Positions 17,727 through 27,855 of a DNA stretch of 43,943 nucleotides are shown here, in pieces. Position numbers and translations under genes: made by a program. The stretch covers positions 1-43,943 of the forward strand of contig JAVHQC010000031.1 of the NCBI GenBank assembly GCA_036170915.1. Direction: 5' to 3'. The notes under the pieces were generated by a model. That model ran no database searches. It was given only the letters and a program-made list of their open reading frames with translations, and was not told where the DNA came from. Within the stretch, counting starts at the first letter, position 1. Each line of letters opens with the position of its first letter. The stretch comes from Cyanobacteria bacterium auto_48_18 (GTDB lineage Bacteria; Cyanobacteriota; Vampirovibrionia; Obscuribacterales; Obscuribacteraceae).

Positions 17727-20200
17727 TGGCAAACCGCAAGCTTTCGGAATCTCGTGCCAGCAAAGTGGAAGACCAAGCGCAGATTTATTATCAGGCCAGA
17801 AAAGACGCCGATAGAGCGCTAGCGGCCAAAAACTATGCGCAGTCACGCGCCGAATATCTAAAAGGCGTAAAGAACATCGACGCCGCCAAAGACAAAGAGA
17901 ACTACCTCTGCGCTCTCTATGCGGGCGCCGGCAACGCTGCGCGCTGTCAGGGAAAGTACATAACTTCATTGCGTGATTTTCAAAAGTCGGCCAATCATTT
18001 GCAAAGCGGCAAACTATTCATGGCGATGTTAACTTACATCATTGAATACTTAATCGACATGACCACATACATAAACAGCGATGCTCAAAGAAGGATCGTC
18101 AAGTCTGTAGCACAGCAACTAACAAAAAAATATGCCGGCTGGCTGAACTCTGAAGCACCACAGGCGAAGCCCAAGACTTATCGTCTAAATAAGAAGAGAG
18201 TAGCAGACGCCTTTGCCACACTTGAAGAACTGGCTGAGTTTCAAGACCCTGACAGTGTCAAAAAACGCAGTGAAGCCACTGACTGGCTACAAAAGCAAGC
18301 ACTGCTAGCCCGTTTGCGCCTGCTGCCGATTATTCTCGATTTTAAGCGACCAAAAGAATTCTACAAAGCTGGATACGCGCAGATGCACCAGATTCCGTAT
18401 AAAGCGGGTGACTATTATTTTTACAGCAATACTGACCGTAGTTCCTACAAAACCATAAAGCGCTCAGTCACAATCGGCAAAAAAGCCAAGACTATATTTT
18501 CAGCCAAGCAACACTGCCCAGTGGGCACATGGTTAGCCGGAACCCGGGTGCACCGCAACGGCAAATTACTAGCTTATGGGCTATCGAAGTATGGTTCTGA
18601 TTTTCAAAGTTGGAAAATAATTGACCTCACCAACGGCAAAGAACTAAAAGATGTAATCGAAAATGTCCCTTCCGGCTCAATATTTTTCCACCCAACAAAA
18701 CGCGGACTCTACTATCGAAAAAACTTCAGCAAAAAGGCCAAAGGAAAAGAAGCTGAATACAACAAACGGGCAGCGATTTTCTATCACCACTTAGGCCAGA
18801 GCCCCGAACGCGATACACTCATTCACGCGCCCCACAGCAAAGATGCAGACTGGGTCGACGTTTACCCGCTTATAAATACTGATTTTGTCATTGTTTCAGA
18901 AGTACCATCGCAATCATTTCACAACCGCATCTTTGTCAAATCGTTGGTAACAGAAAAGATGGTGCGACTATTTGATCGTTGCATCGGATCCTATGCTTTT
19001 CTGGGCAAAGCAAACGACAAATTATTCTTCCGTACAGATCATCGTGCCTGCCGGGGAAGAGTTATAAGCGTCTCTTTCGACTGGAAAAAACACCGCATAA
19101 TCTCTACAAAAGAAGCACTGCCAGAGTCAGAGCTAGCACTGCAAGACGTGCGCTTGCTTGAAGACAGCCTGATTGTGCACGCTTTAGACGCCAAAGGTCA
19201 CACACGGCTCATGCAATACGATCTTGCCGGAGCGCTGATTGGTGAAATTCAATTGCCTTTTAGCGGAACATTGAGCGCGCTTTCAACAAGTTTTAGAGAT
19301 AAAAACTTGTTCTTTACCTTGCAGAACTTCGCCACACCAAGCACAATTTATCACCACAATCTTGAAACTGGCCAAACTAAGCTGTTTCAAGCGCCTACAT
19401 ATTCGATGGCAAAACGAGTAGAGCAACATCTTGTGCAAGTCAAAAGCAAAGACGGCACGATGATACCAATGAATATAGCCCATCTAAAAGGAATAAAATT
19501 AGACGGTAAAAACCCCACACTGCTGTATGTGTATGGCGGTTTCAGCATCAGTATGTTTCCCTATTTTTCTTACCAGATAGCCAGCTGGCTGGCCATGGGC
19601 GGCATCTGGGCGCAGCCGTATTTACGCGGCGGCGACGAGCTCGGCTCTGACTGGCATGAATCAGCTACTAAACTAAACAAGCAAAAAACTTACGATGATA
19701 CCGCGGCCAGTGCCCGCTGGCTTATAGAAAACAAATATACCAGACCCGACAAACTTGCCATTAACGGTGCGAGCAATGGTGGTCTAACAGTGGGAGTGGC
19801 GATCACGCAACACCCTGAACTGTATGGCGCAGCCATTGCCGACAATGGTTTGTACGACATGCTCAAGTTTAGCTTGCATGGCCTCGGTTGGGCCTGGCAA
19901 GCCGAATACGGCTCAATCAATAAAGCTGAAGAACTGAAGACACTAGAGAAATATTCGCCTTACCATCAGCTTGGTAAAGTCAAAAAAGCCAAGCATTTTC
20001 CTAAAGTGATGATCAATGCTGCAGCCTGCGACGACCGGGTGGTGCCCTGGCACTCTTATAAATTTGCTGCGGCACTACAGTCGGAGCTGAATGCAGACGT
20101 AATGCTCAACGTTAAATACAAGCAGGGGCATGGTGCCGGCAAGCCTGATTGGACCATTCGGGACAATCTGGCTTATTTGAAATGGGCGTTGAAGTTTTGA
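17723..20200 (+). CDS. Prolyl oligopeptidase (S9A) with N-terminal TPR-like extension
   Basis: SKDGTMIPM, YVYGGF, LRGGDELG..WH, GASNGG (Ser), DDRV (Asp), GHG (His); ATGA overlap with the upstream gene. Confidence 0.93.
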   Translation: MMANRKLSESRASKVEDQAQIYYQARKDADRALAAKNYAQSRAEYLKGVKNIDAAKDKENYLCALYAGAGNAARCQGKYITSLRDFQKSANHLQSGKLFMAMLTYIIEYLIDMTTYINSDAQRRIVKSVAQQLTKKYAGWLNSEAPQAKPKTYRLNKKRVADAFATLEELAEFQDPDSVKKRSEATDWLQKQALLARLRLLPIILDFKRPKEFYKAGYAQMHQIPYKAGDYYFYSNTDRSSYKTIKRSVTIGKKAKTIFSAKQHCPVGTWLAGTRVHRNGKLLAYGLSKYGSDFQSWKIIDLTNGKELKDVIENVPSGSIFFHPTKRGLYYRKNFSKKAKGKEAEYNKRAAIFYHHLGQSPERDTLIHAPHSKDADWVDVYPLINTDFVIVSEVPSQSFHNRIFVKSLVTEKMVRLFDRCIGSYAFLGKANDKLFFRTDHRACRGRVISVSFDWKKHRIISTKEALPESELALQDVRLLEDSLIVHALDAKGHTRLMQYDLAGALIGEIQLPFSGTLSALSTSFRDKNLFFTLQNFATPSTIYHHNLETGQTKLFQAPTYSMAKRVEQHLVQVKSKDGTMIPMNIAHLKGIKLDGKNPTLLYVYGGFSISMFPYFSYQIASWLAMGGIWAQPYLRGGDELGSDWHESATKLNKQKTYDDTAASARWLIENKYTRPDKLAINGASNGGLTVGVAITQHPELYGAAIADNGLYDMLKFSLHGLGWAWQAEYGSINKAEELKTLEKYSPYHQLGKVKKAKHFPKVMINAAACDDRVVPWHSYKFAAALQSELNADVMLNVKYKQGHGAGKPDWTIRDNLAYLKWALKF

Positions 20201-20841
20201 AGAGTGAATTAGAGATTACTACGATTAAAAACCACGATTGCGAGCAATGCGCGCGATCTGTAGCGCACATTCACGGGTTACTCGGATTGAGTGCTGGGTC
20301 AATCGGCCTGGCTTATATGGCACTTCATGGGGTTCTAGTGCCGTCTAACCTTGGGAGCTTTTTTATATCCCTATCATTGGTGCCAATTCTGATGAGCACT
20401 TTAAGTGTATACAAAGGTACTTGCAAAAGTTGTGGTAGAAATGCCAAACGCTATTATTTGAGAAAGTCGATGACGCCAACTTCATGGCAGAAAAGAACCG
20501 GCGAGCTGTACGTTATTTACTTAGCCATTTTTTGCTTGTCTTTCTGCGCAATTTCTATAGTATTGGAGATGCCTTACCTATTAACGGTTGCTGGCATTTA
20601 CATATGTGGCATAGGCGTAATGGTCGGAACAATTAGTCGCAGGCAAGGATTTATTGAATTTTTCGACAATTACTTATTGCTCACCCAAGATGATCTTCGA
20701 AAAGAATCAGTGGAGAATATCACGGACATTAGATTGAACGATCTAATTACTCTGGCTTTAGAACTTAAGCTTATAGATAATGCAGCACTCCTCTCAGAAG
20801 TACTTTTAGAGCGAGTGCAAAAACTGCCCCAAGCTGATTAA
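20197..20841 (+). CDS. Hypothetical 4-TM membrane protein with two CxxC pairs
   Basis: TTGA overlap with the peptidase stop; HDCEQC and TCKSCG; four hydrophobic segments. Confidence 0.65.
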   Translation: MKSELEITTIKNHDCEQCARSVAHIHGLLGLSAGSIGLAYMALHGVLVPSNLGSFFISLSLVPILMSTLSVYKGTCKSCGRNAKRYYLRKSMTPTSWQKRTGELYVIYLAIFCLSFCAISIVLEMPYLLTVAGIYICGIGVMVGTISRRQGFIEFFDNYLLLTQDDLRKESVENITDIRLNDLITLALELKLIDNAALLSEVLLERVQKLPQAD

Positions 20842-20894
20842 CAGTCCGAACTCTTAGAGGGCTGTTGCAGTCCGTTCAATTTCGCGCAAAAACA

Positions 20895-20937
20895 CCATAT
20901 AACATTGTAATTACGGCGTAATTACAATGTTATATGG
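20895..20937. repeat. Perfect 43-bp palindrome (21-bp arms, 1-nt centre)
   Basis: CCATATAACATTGTAATTACG-G-CGTAATTACAATGTTATATGG. Confidence 0.95.
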
Positions 20938-20979
20938 CCATTTAAACGAAAACAGACAACCCCAGACCCAACACCAATT

Positions 20980-21279
20980 TTAATTAGGCTTGAAATTACC
21001 GCGCAAATTTTGCCCGATACGAAAACCTTGAATCAAATTGTGCCGAGTGAACTGAAAAATTTCGTGCAAAGCAGCAGCATCGGTGATGCCATGCTTATCA
21101 GATATAGCATTGACCTGTTCCATAGCTATGGCCGAAAAGTAAACATCGACGTCATCATGAACGTGTCCACGGCCCTGATTGGGCAATTTCAAAATGGCTT
21201 TACCAAAATCGTTGGTAACAGCATCAGCTATTTGCGCGGTTAGAAGATCAGCGTAGAAAGATTCGGCTTTAACTGCCAT
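20980..21279 (-). CDS. Small hypothetical helical protein (99 aa)
   Basis: Co-oriented directly behind udg; ATG 21279 preceded by GGGGG; alternative GTG 21300 overlaps the udg stop. Confidence 0.6.
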   Translation of the reverse strand: MAVKAESFYADLLTAQIADAVTNDFGKAILKLPNQGRGHVHDDVDVYFSAIAMEQVNAISDKHGITDAAALHEIFQFTRHNLIQGFRIGQNLRGNFKPN

Positions 21280-21296
21280 TCTGAGCCCCCATGAAG

Positions 21297-21914
21297 TCAC
21301 ACTAAGGTCAATAAATCGAGTTGCTTACGTACTTCTTGAATGTCCTTCCACATCAACCACTTGGGTGAGCCGACTTCTTTTGAATCGTTTCGTAGCAAGT
21401 ACGATGGGTGGAATACAGGCATAACTTTAGCACCGAACTCACCGTCGAACCAAGTACCTCTTATACGGCTTATAGGATCCTTAACTTGTAAAACTGCCTC
21501 TACTGCAGTGGCACCGGCAAGCAAAATTAGTGCAGGTCTAATCAGCTCCAGCTGTGACTTTAGATACTTTTGGCAAGCTAATCTTTCCGTTTTTTCCGGT
21601 GGCCGATTGTTAGGTGGACGACACTTTACGACATTGCAAATGTATATATCTTTTTGCGCATCAATATGTGCTGCCTCAAGAATTTTATCCAGTAATTTTC
21701 CGGCCCTGCCGTCAAAGGGAATGCCGCTCTCATCGTCGTTTCGCCCCGGTGAATCACCGATTATCATCAGCTTGGCTTGCGGATTGCCGCGGGCAAAAGC
21801 AACTTGTTTGCGACTTTGACAAAGTGTGCAATCGACGCAAATTTTTGCTGCAGACTCCACCTCTGCCAGGCTCTTCCAACTTGAAGGGACTGCCAGATGA
21901 AGTTGTTCAGACAT
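21297..21914 (-). CDS. udg: Uracil-DNA glycosylase family 4 (Fe-S)
   Basis: CVDCTLC, IIGDSPG, YICNVVKCRPPNNRPP, FHPSYLLR. Confidence 0.93.
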   Translation of the reverse strand: MSEQLHLAVPSSWKSLAEVESAAKICVDCTLCQSRKQVAFARGNPQAKLMIIGDSPGRNDDESGIPFDGRAGKLLDKILEAAHIDAQKDIYICNVVKCRPPNNRPPEKTERLACQKYLKSQLELIRPALILLAGATAVEAVLQVKDPISRIRGTWFDGEFGAKVMPVFHPSYLLRNDSKEVGSPKWLMWKDIQEVRKQLDLLTLV

Positions 21915-21935
21915 CAAAATGCCTCTAAGAACTTA

Positions 21936-22937
21936 TTAAGCAAAAGAAGGCGAAGTTGTAACGTCTATTGAAACACTCTGATGCGCCAGCGGTGCGGTTG
22001 AGCTGCGGGCAGCTTTCCTAGCCAGGGCGAGAGGTGCGGCCACAAGCTCTGCCACATTTACCTTAGCAACGTGTCCAAGTTCCTGACCTAAGCAACAAGC
22101 AGCAGAACGAGCAAAGTCAGTGGCACTGCCAGTGGTGTAGATTTTGAAGGCTGACGACTGATAGTTATTAGCAACCGTTGATACTGCTGGTGGTGCATCT
22201 AAACCAAGCATTTGAAATGCCAGTGCGTGGGAGGGGTCAATCAACTTTAGTCCTGATGGATAAAGTTCTTTGAGTTTGCCGCTCACCAGATTCTCAATGC
22301 GGTCTGCCACAAAAGGAAAATGCGTGCATCCCAGTACAAGCCCATCGACGCCAGCCAGAGCCTGCAAATAGTCAATCAATGCCGCCTCGAGTTCAGCTTC
22401 ACAGCCGGCTTCACCCAGACGACCACTTTCAATCAGCGGTACCAATTTCGGACAGCCGATTTCAATCACTTTGCCTTCGTAACCACGAGTGGTCAAAGCA
22501 CGTGAAAAAGCCTTACTTCTCGCCGTATTGATGGTGGCCATCACACCTAAGGCTCTCGGTGGATTGGCGATCAACCAATCGGCGGTTGGTTCGATTAAGT
22601 CGTAAACGGTAACTCCAGCAACCTGAGCGGCAGCCTTCACCGCTGCGTCTTTAGCGATGGCGGCGCTGGTGTTGCAGGCCATGACGATTGAATCAAGCTG
22701 GAATGATGTTAGCCAGCTAACAATTTCTTCAACGAATAGAGCGATTTCACCTTGTGCGCGGTTGCCGTAGGGGCAACGGGCGGTGTCACCGAGATAGACG
22801 AACTCGAGAGCTTCACTTTGAGTCACCGAAACCAGGTGCCGCAAGACCGACAGGCCGCCTACACCAGAATCGAACAGACCAATTCGCTTGGGTGTCCGTT
22901 TGTAGAGCTGGTCTTGAATAATTAGGTTTTTCGACAA
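21936..22937 (-). CDS. murI: Glutamate racemase
   Basis: IGLFDSGVGGLSVL, GDTARCPYG, MACNT, LGCTHFP. Confidence 0.96.
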   Translation of the reverse strand: MSKNLIIQDQLYKRTPKRIGLFDSGVGGLSVLRHLVSVTQSEALEFVYLGDTARCPYGNRAQGEIALFVEEIVSWLTSFQLDSIVMACNTSAAIAKDAAVKAAAQVAGVTVYDLIEPTADWLIANPPRALGVMATINTARSKAFSRALTTRGYEGKVIEIGCPKLVPLIESGRLGEAGCEAELEAALIDYLQALAGVDGLVLGCTHFPFVADRIENLVSGKLKELYPSGLKLIDPSHALAFQMLGLDAPPAVSTVANNYQSSAFKIYTTGSATDFARSAACCLGQELGHVAKVNVAELVAAPLALARKAARSSTAPLAHQSVSIDVTTSPSFA

Positions 22938-22979
22938 TTGAGTGTCACTTATTTTGCTTGAGAAATGAGTTCAAAAACA

Positions 22980-25295
22980 CTATTTGGTTGGTTTCCAATT
23001 TCCGGTTGCAACCCTAGACGGTTTTATCATCTCAGAAGTACCTACTGAATTGGAAGAAGAATTAGCCACATCACTTTGAGATTTTACATCGTTCAAATAA
23101 TTCATAACACCGCGAGCCAAGGCATTAGCGACTTTTTGCTGATACTCAGACGAAACCAGGCGGTCACGCTCGCCTTTGTGCGTAATGTAACCCACTTCAG
23201 CGAGAATAGCCGGTACTGGTGTGTGATTGATGACATAGAAGCGCGCTTTTCTAACCGAACGGTCAGGCGCACCAAGTCCACCGACTAAAGAACCGTGCAC
23301 GCGAACTGCTAGAGGACGGCTGCGGTCAGTCTGGAAGTAAGTTTCGATGCCATATATATTCGACGTGCTTTCGAGTGAATTGATATGTACCGACAAGAAC
23401 AAGTTGGGGCTCACTGCATTAGTGATTTTTACCCGGTCTTCCAGAGAGACAAAAGTATCGTCCGAGCGGGTCAGCACAATGCGAGCACCTTTCGCCTCAA
23501 GCACCTTTTTCAGCTTGGCGATGATCTGCATGGTTAGTTCTTTTTCTTGAACGTCGCCGCGCACTGCACCCGGATCGTTGCCGCCATGACCAGCATCAAG
23601 CACCACCACAGTCTCGTTAGGAGCACGGGGAACTACTATAGGCCCGGTTGGAGCCAAATTAGCAACAGATGAACCGGTGCGCGAGATTCCAGCGTTGCCA
23701 GTCAAACCTTTGGCAAGCGTGACAGTCATATAGTTCGAACCAGCGTTATAAAACTCGTCTACCGATACTGTATCGTCAGCTAACTGGAGCACCAGGCGAC
23801 CTGCCCCTTCCTGTTCGCCGGGTAAACCCACCCTTATAGATGAAACCAGGGGCGACTCGGTGATGTCTGGCAACAGCGAGTCTGCCAGCTCGCGATATTC
23901 AGGCATATCAACTACATAACGTTCCGGATTATGCAAACGGAATGACTTAAAATTGAGCTGTTTGCCGTCTGGTCGCTCTACTCTAAAAAGCTCGAGCTTA
24001 GCGCCTGAACCCTGCCCATCAGCCGTAGAAAGAGTAATTAGGGGTGGCGGCGCCGGCGGAACTTCAGGTGCCTGATTTTCAAAATCGTACAAGCCTTGAG
24101 CAGGAGCGGCGGTAGATTTTGCGGAACTAGAACCAGAACTAGAACTAGAACTAGAAGTAGTAGTGGTGGTGGTAGAAGTTGTAGTAGTTACGCCGTTGGC
24201 TGTGCGCACTTCGCGCGATGAAGACGAAGAAACAACACCGGCAGGCAAAGCAGAAGCTGGGAGAGAATTGAAGGCGGAAACGTCAGCATCAATAGGGCCC
24301 ACAAGACCAAAGTCGGTACTCAAATTATTACTGATGGCACTACCAGCGGTGCTAGTACGTGCCGGAGCAACCTTGGGCATTGTTTCATTTTTTGAAACAA
24401 CAGGAATGGCCTTTTCTGGTGTTCGCTCTGGTGTTCTCTCCAGGGGCCGCTCTACTATTCGATCTACGGGCTTTTCAACAACTTTAGGCGGCGCCTTGAC
24501 CGGTGCTTTAGCAGCAACTGCAGCCACCGCCACTGGTGGCTCAACTTTTGCTAGCTCATTTTTTGCTGGTTCATCTTTAGTTGTATCAACTGACGAGCCG
24601 AAATAGCCTTTTGTTTTAGTTTTTAACCGTTTTAACCAGCCGCGCGCCTGCTCGCTGGAAGCCGCAGCCACACTTTCTTTGCTGCCAATGGCCGAGGCCA
24701 GCGGCGGCATTTTGTCTGACTCAGAAATTGCATTTGCGGGCGCTTTAGCAGCAGGCTTTTTCGCAATTTGAGTACTGACGCTTCCAGCCTCTGGCCACGA
24801 GAGTTTGAGCACACCGGGAGCCGCGCCAATGGCAACTTTTTTCAAAACAGCCGGGTCATGAGCAATGAATGAAACTCGGAGAATGCTAGGACTTGCTTGA
24901 AACTGACCGATACGAATTTCCTTAATGCCGGCAGATTTTAAATTTCTTAGACCCTTCTCAGGTGAATTCAACCTAATAATCTTGGTGGGATAGCTCCAAC
25001 TCAATCCTTCGAAGTCTGCGGTTAAAACGGTGTCACCATTAGAACCAGGCAGATATTTAAATTGAGGGCGACCTGCCACCACTTGGCCCTCAGTCTTTAG
25101 AACGATTTCACCGGCATCGGCATTTTCTGAAAACTGGGTTACTCGAGCACCTGGCGCGCGATTGTATCCACGCTCTTGAGCGTGCACCGAGGTAGTGGCA
25201 AAAGGCACCAAAAGCAGAGCCACCGGCAATGATGCCGAGAGCACTCTGAGAGAAGCAGCTGATAATGCTTTTTTGAACGGTAGACCGGCGATCAC
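22980..25295 (-). CDS. amiC: N-acetylmuramoyl-L-alanine amidase (AmiC-like; AMIN-like domains plus Amidase_3)
   Basis: LDAGHGGNDPGA, EKEL, LTRSDD, SVHIN, AILAEVGY; NPERYVVD AMIN-like; signal peptide; AAGGAG RBS. Confidence 0.9.
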   Translation of the reverse strand: MIAGLPFKKALSAASLRVLSASLPVALLLVPFATTSVHAQERGYNRAPGARVTQFSENADAGEIVLKTEGQVVAGRPQFKYLPGSNGDTVLTADFEGLSWSYPTKIIRLNSPEKGLRNLKSAGIKEIRIGQFQASPSILRVSFIAHDPAVLKKVAIGAAPGVLKLSWPEAGSVSTQIAKKPAAKAPANAISESDKMPPLASAIGSKESVAAASSEQARGWLKRLKTKTKGYFGSSVDTTKDEPAKNELAKVEPPVAVAAVAAKAPVKAPPKVVEKPVDRIVERPLERTPERTPEKAIPVVSKNETMPKVAPARTSTAGSAISNNLSTDFGLVGPIDADVSAFNSLPASALPAGVVSSSSSREVRTANGVTTTTSTTTTTTSSSSSSSGSSSAKSTAAPAQGLYDFENQAPEVPPAPPPLITLSTADGQGSGAKLELFRVERPDGKQLNFKSFRLHNPERYVVDMPEYRELADSLLPDITESPLVSSIRVGLPGEQEGAGRLVLQLADDTVSVDEFYNAGSNYMTVTLAKGLTGNAGISRTGSSVANLAPTGPIVVPRAPNETVVVLDAGHGGNDPGAVRGDVQEKELTMQIIAKLKKVLEAKGARIVLTRSDDTFVSLEDRVKITNAVSPNLFLSVHINSLESTSNIYGIETYFQTDRSRPLAVRVHGSLVGGLGAPDRSVRKARFYVINHTPVPAILAEVGYITHKGERDRLVSSEYQQKVANALARGVMNYLNDVKSQSDVANSSSNSVGTSEMIKPSRVATGNWKPTK
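24124..24189. repeat. Coding low-complexity tract (CTAGAA / GTA / GTG units) encoding a poly-Thr/Ser linker
   Basis: Translates as TTTTSTTTTTTSSSSSSSGSSS in the amidase. Confidence 0.85.
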
Positions 25296-25678
25296 TGACT
25301 CCTTGGCTTCTTCAAACTACAGAGACATGCTCACTTGGTAGTTATAAAGAGATACTGGAGAAATTCTAACATGCCCGCCACGCTTCCTTTTCAAAGGAAC
25401 ATAGCTTCTTGTCTAATTATCAATATCTACTTGATCACATAAGCGCACTTTATACGTAAATTAAATAGAACTCGAAGTAGGAGCCTGCCCTTCCTGCTAC
25501 TCTAAGCGGTCGTGGAGATCGGGAATATTTCCGCCCCTGGCGATTATTGCCGAGCATTTCTATCGCAATCGAAAAGCTCAAATGTCTTTAAGCATTTTCG
25601 TTTCATAGTAAAAAAATCGAACGGTGGGCTTAACGCCCAATTGTCAAAAATCCGTTCAGAGTAATTAGGGAGTAAAAA

Positions 25679-27769
25679 ATGGGTGATCTAGATCTACCTC
25701 TTCAAATATCGATAGGCTGCGGCTTGCTCGCAGTTTTGTACGGTATTTGGGCCGGCAAAAGTGTGTTGGACATGAGTCCGGGTAATGAACGCATGCAATC
25801 AATTGCAGCGGCCATTCAAGAAGGCGCCAATGCCTACATGAATAAGCAGTACACAGCCATCGCTGCTGTTGGCGCTGTGCTCTTCTTCGTAATTGGATTT
25901 TTTATCGATTGGACTTCCGCCGCCGGATTTTTAGTAGGCGCCATTCTCTCTTCTATCTCAGGCTTCGTTGGCATGTACGTTTCAGTTAGAGCCAACGTAC
26001 GCACCGCTGAAGCTGCCAGAAACGGCCTCGAAACCGCACTGGCTGTAGCTTTCAAAGGCGGCTCAGTCACTGGCTTGCTTGTAGTAGGTCTAGGTTTGCT
26101 GGGCGTTTCGATCTTTTATGCCGCCACTCACAACGTTAATGCGTTGGTTGGCCTCGGATTTGGTGCCTCACTGATTTCAGTTTTCGCCAGATTAGGCGGC
26201 GGTATTTATACCAAAGCTGCTGACGTTGGCGCTGACCTTGTCGGTAAAGTAGAAGCCGGCATTCCTGAAGACGATCCAAGAAACCCAGCTGTAATTGCCG
26301 ACAACGTTGGCGATAACGTCGGCGACTGTGCTGGTATGGCGGCCGACTTGTTTGAGACTTACGCTGTTACCGCTGTGGCCACCATGCTGCTGGGTCATGA
26401 ATTATTTAAAGCTCAAATGGTTGGTGACGTCGCTAAATATGTAGTCGAATATCCTCTGGTACTCGGCGCCGTTTCTATCGTCACATCAATCATTGGTTGT
26501 ATGTGCGTCAAACTTGGAAAGAGCACCAACATCATGGGCGCTCTTTATAAAGGTCTGATCGTAGCTGGTGTACTTGCAGGCGTAGCATTCTATTTTGTCA
26601 CCGATAAAATGATGCAAGGCCTGACCATGAACGGCAATCCCGTCAGTGCTATGAACTTCTTCTATGCATCAATGGTTGGTTTGGTTGTCACCGGTTTGCT
26701 GGTTTACATCACTGAATATTACACATCGACTTCTTATGGTCCTGTGAAATACATTGCTAAAGCTTCCGAAACTGGACATGCCACCAACATCATTGCTGGT
26801 CTGGCAGTGTCAATGAAAGCCACAGCCTGGCCTGTAATTTCAATCGTTATCGGTATTCTGGTGGCATATGCTCTTGCAGGCGTTTACGGCGTGGCACTAG
26901 CTGCGATGGCAATGCTTTCAATGGCTGGAATTATTGTTGCCATCGACTCATACGGACCAATCACAGATAACGCCGGCGGTATTGCTGAAATGGCCGAAAT
27001 GCCAAAAGAAGTACGCGCAGTAACCGACCCTCTTGATGCCGTGGGTAATACCACTAAAGCAGTAACTAAAGGTTATGCCATTGGTTCTGCTGGTCTGGCC
27101 GCAATTGTTTTGTTCAGCTCTTACACACAAGAATTGAACGCACATATTCTGACCAAAGGCGGCACTGCAATCACCTTTGATCTTTCAAGCCCATATGTTC
27201 TGGCTGGATTGTTCCTCGGTGGTTTGATTCCATTCCTCTTCGCTGCCCTCGCCATGGAAGCTGTTGGAGCTGCCGGCGGCATGGTAGTGGAAGAAGTTAG
27301 ACGTCAGTTCCGCGAAATTCCTGGCATCATGGAAGGTACAGCTAAACCAGACTATGCACGATGCGTCAGTATCGTTACTGGTGCCGCCATTCAAAAAATG
27401 ATCGTGCCTGCTCTGCTTCCGGTGTTGACACCAGTGATAATTGCCCTAATTGGTGCTTTCTATCTGAACGCGGCACTGCCTGGTGAATATGCAGCAGCCA
27501 AGATTCTTGGTGGAGTACTCGTGGGTTCGATCATCACCGGCTTGTTCGTGGCCATTTCCATGACTTCTGGTGGTGGTGCCTGGGATAACGCTAAGAAATA
27601 CATTGAAGAAGGAAACCACGGCGGCAAGGGCTCTGATGCTCACAAAGCTGCGGTAACTGGAGACACAGTTGGCGACCCTTACAAAGACACTGCCGGCCCT
27701 GCCATCAACCCGATGATCAAGATTTTGAACATCGTGGCATTGCTACTGGTGACCTTGCTGGTTCGCTAA
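25679..27769 (+). CDS. hppA: Membrane-bound proton-translocating pyrophosphatase, K+-independent type
   Basis: [39 protein letters not shown] (Lys determinant), [18 protein letters not shown]. Confidence 0.96.
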   Translation: MGDLDLPLQISIGCGLLAVLYGIWAGKSVLDMSPGNERMQSIAAAIQEGANAYMNKQYTAIAAVGAVLFFVIGFFIDWTSAAGFLVGAILSSISGFVGMYVSVRANVRTAEAARNGLETALAVAFKGGSVTGLLVVGLGLLGVSIFYAATHNVNALVGLGFGASLISVFARLGGGIYTKAADVGADLVGKVEAGIPEDDPRNPAVIADNVGDNVGDCAGMAADLFETYAVTAVATMLLGHELFKAQMVGDVAKYVVEYPLVLGAVSIVTSIIGCMCVKLGKSTNIMGALYKGLIVAGVLAGVAFYFVTDKMMQGLTMNGNPVSAMNFFYASMVGLVVTGLLVYITEYYTSTSYGPVKYIAKASETGHATNIIAGLAVSMKATAWPVISIVIGILVAYALAGVYGVALAAMAMLSMAGIIVAIDSYGPITDNAGGIAEMAEMPKEVRAVTDPLDAVGNTTKAVTKGYAIGSAGLAAIVLFSSYTQELNAHILTKGGTAITFDLSSPYVLAGLFLGGLIPFLFAALAMEAVGAAGGMVVEEVRRQFREIPGIMEGTAKPDYARCVSIVTGAAIQKMIVPALLPVLTPVIIALIGAFYLNAALPGEYAAAKILGGVLVGSIITGLFVAISMTSGGGAWDNAKKYIEEGNHGGKGSDAHKAAVTGDTVGDPYKDTAGPAINPMIKILNIVALLLVTLLVR

Positions 27770-27791
27770 TAAATTGATGATCTAAGAAAGA

Positions 27792-27829
27792 GTGGCCGGG
27801 TTAGACTAGTAGTCTTCCCGGCCATTTCT
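27792..27829 (+). terminator. Stem-loop or putative terminator after hppA
   Basis: TGGCCGGG..AGACT/AGTCT..CCCGGCCA followed by TTTCT. Confidence 0.6.
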
Positions 27830-27855
27830 GTCTTCTACAATTTCAAGAGGATGCC

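Noticed and set aside
20836..20937. Integron attC, dif or protelomerase site
   Set aside because: RYYYAAC/GTTRRRY boxes do not fit; only a partial XerD-like arm and no XerC arm; odd-centred symmetry; no cognate enzyme in the window
20932..21243. Plus-strand ORF 21010-21243 (frame extends to ..WPFKRK..)
   Set aside because: No canonical start for the extension; fully antisense to the better-supported minus-strand gene behind udg
25679..27769. Na+-pumping or K+-dependent pyrophosphatase
   Set aside because: [10 protein letters not shown] (27044-27073) has Lys at the determinant position, typical of K+-independent H+-PPases
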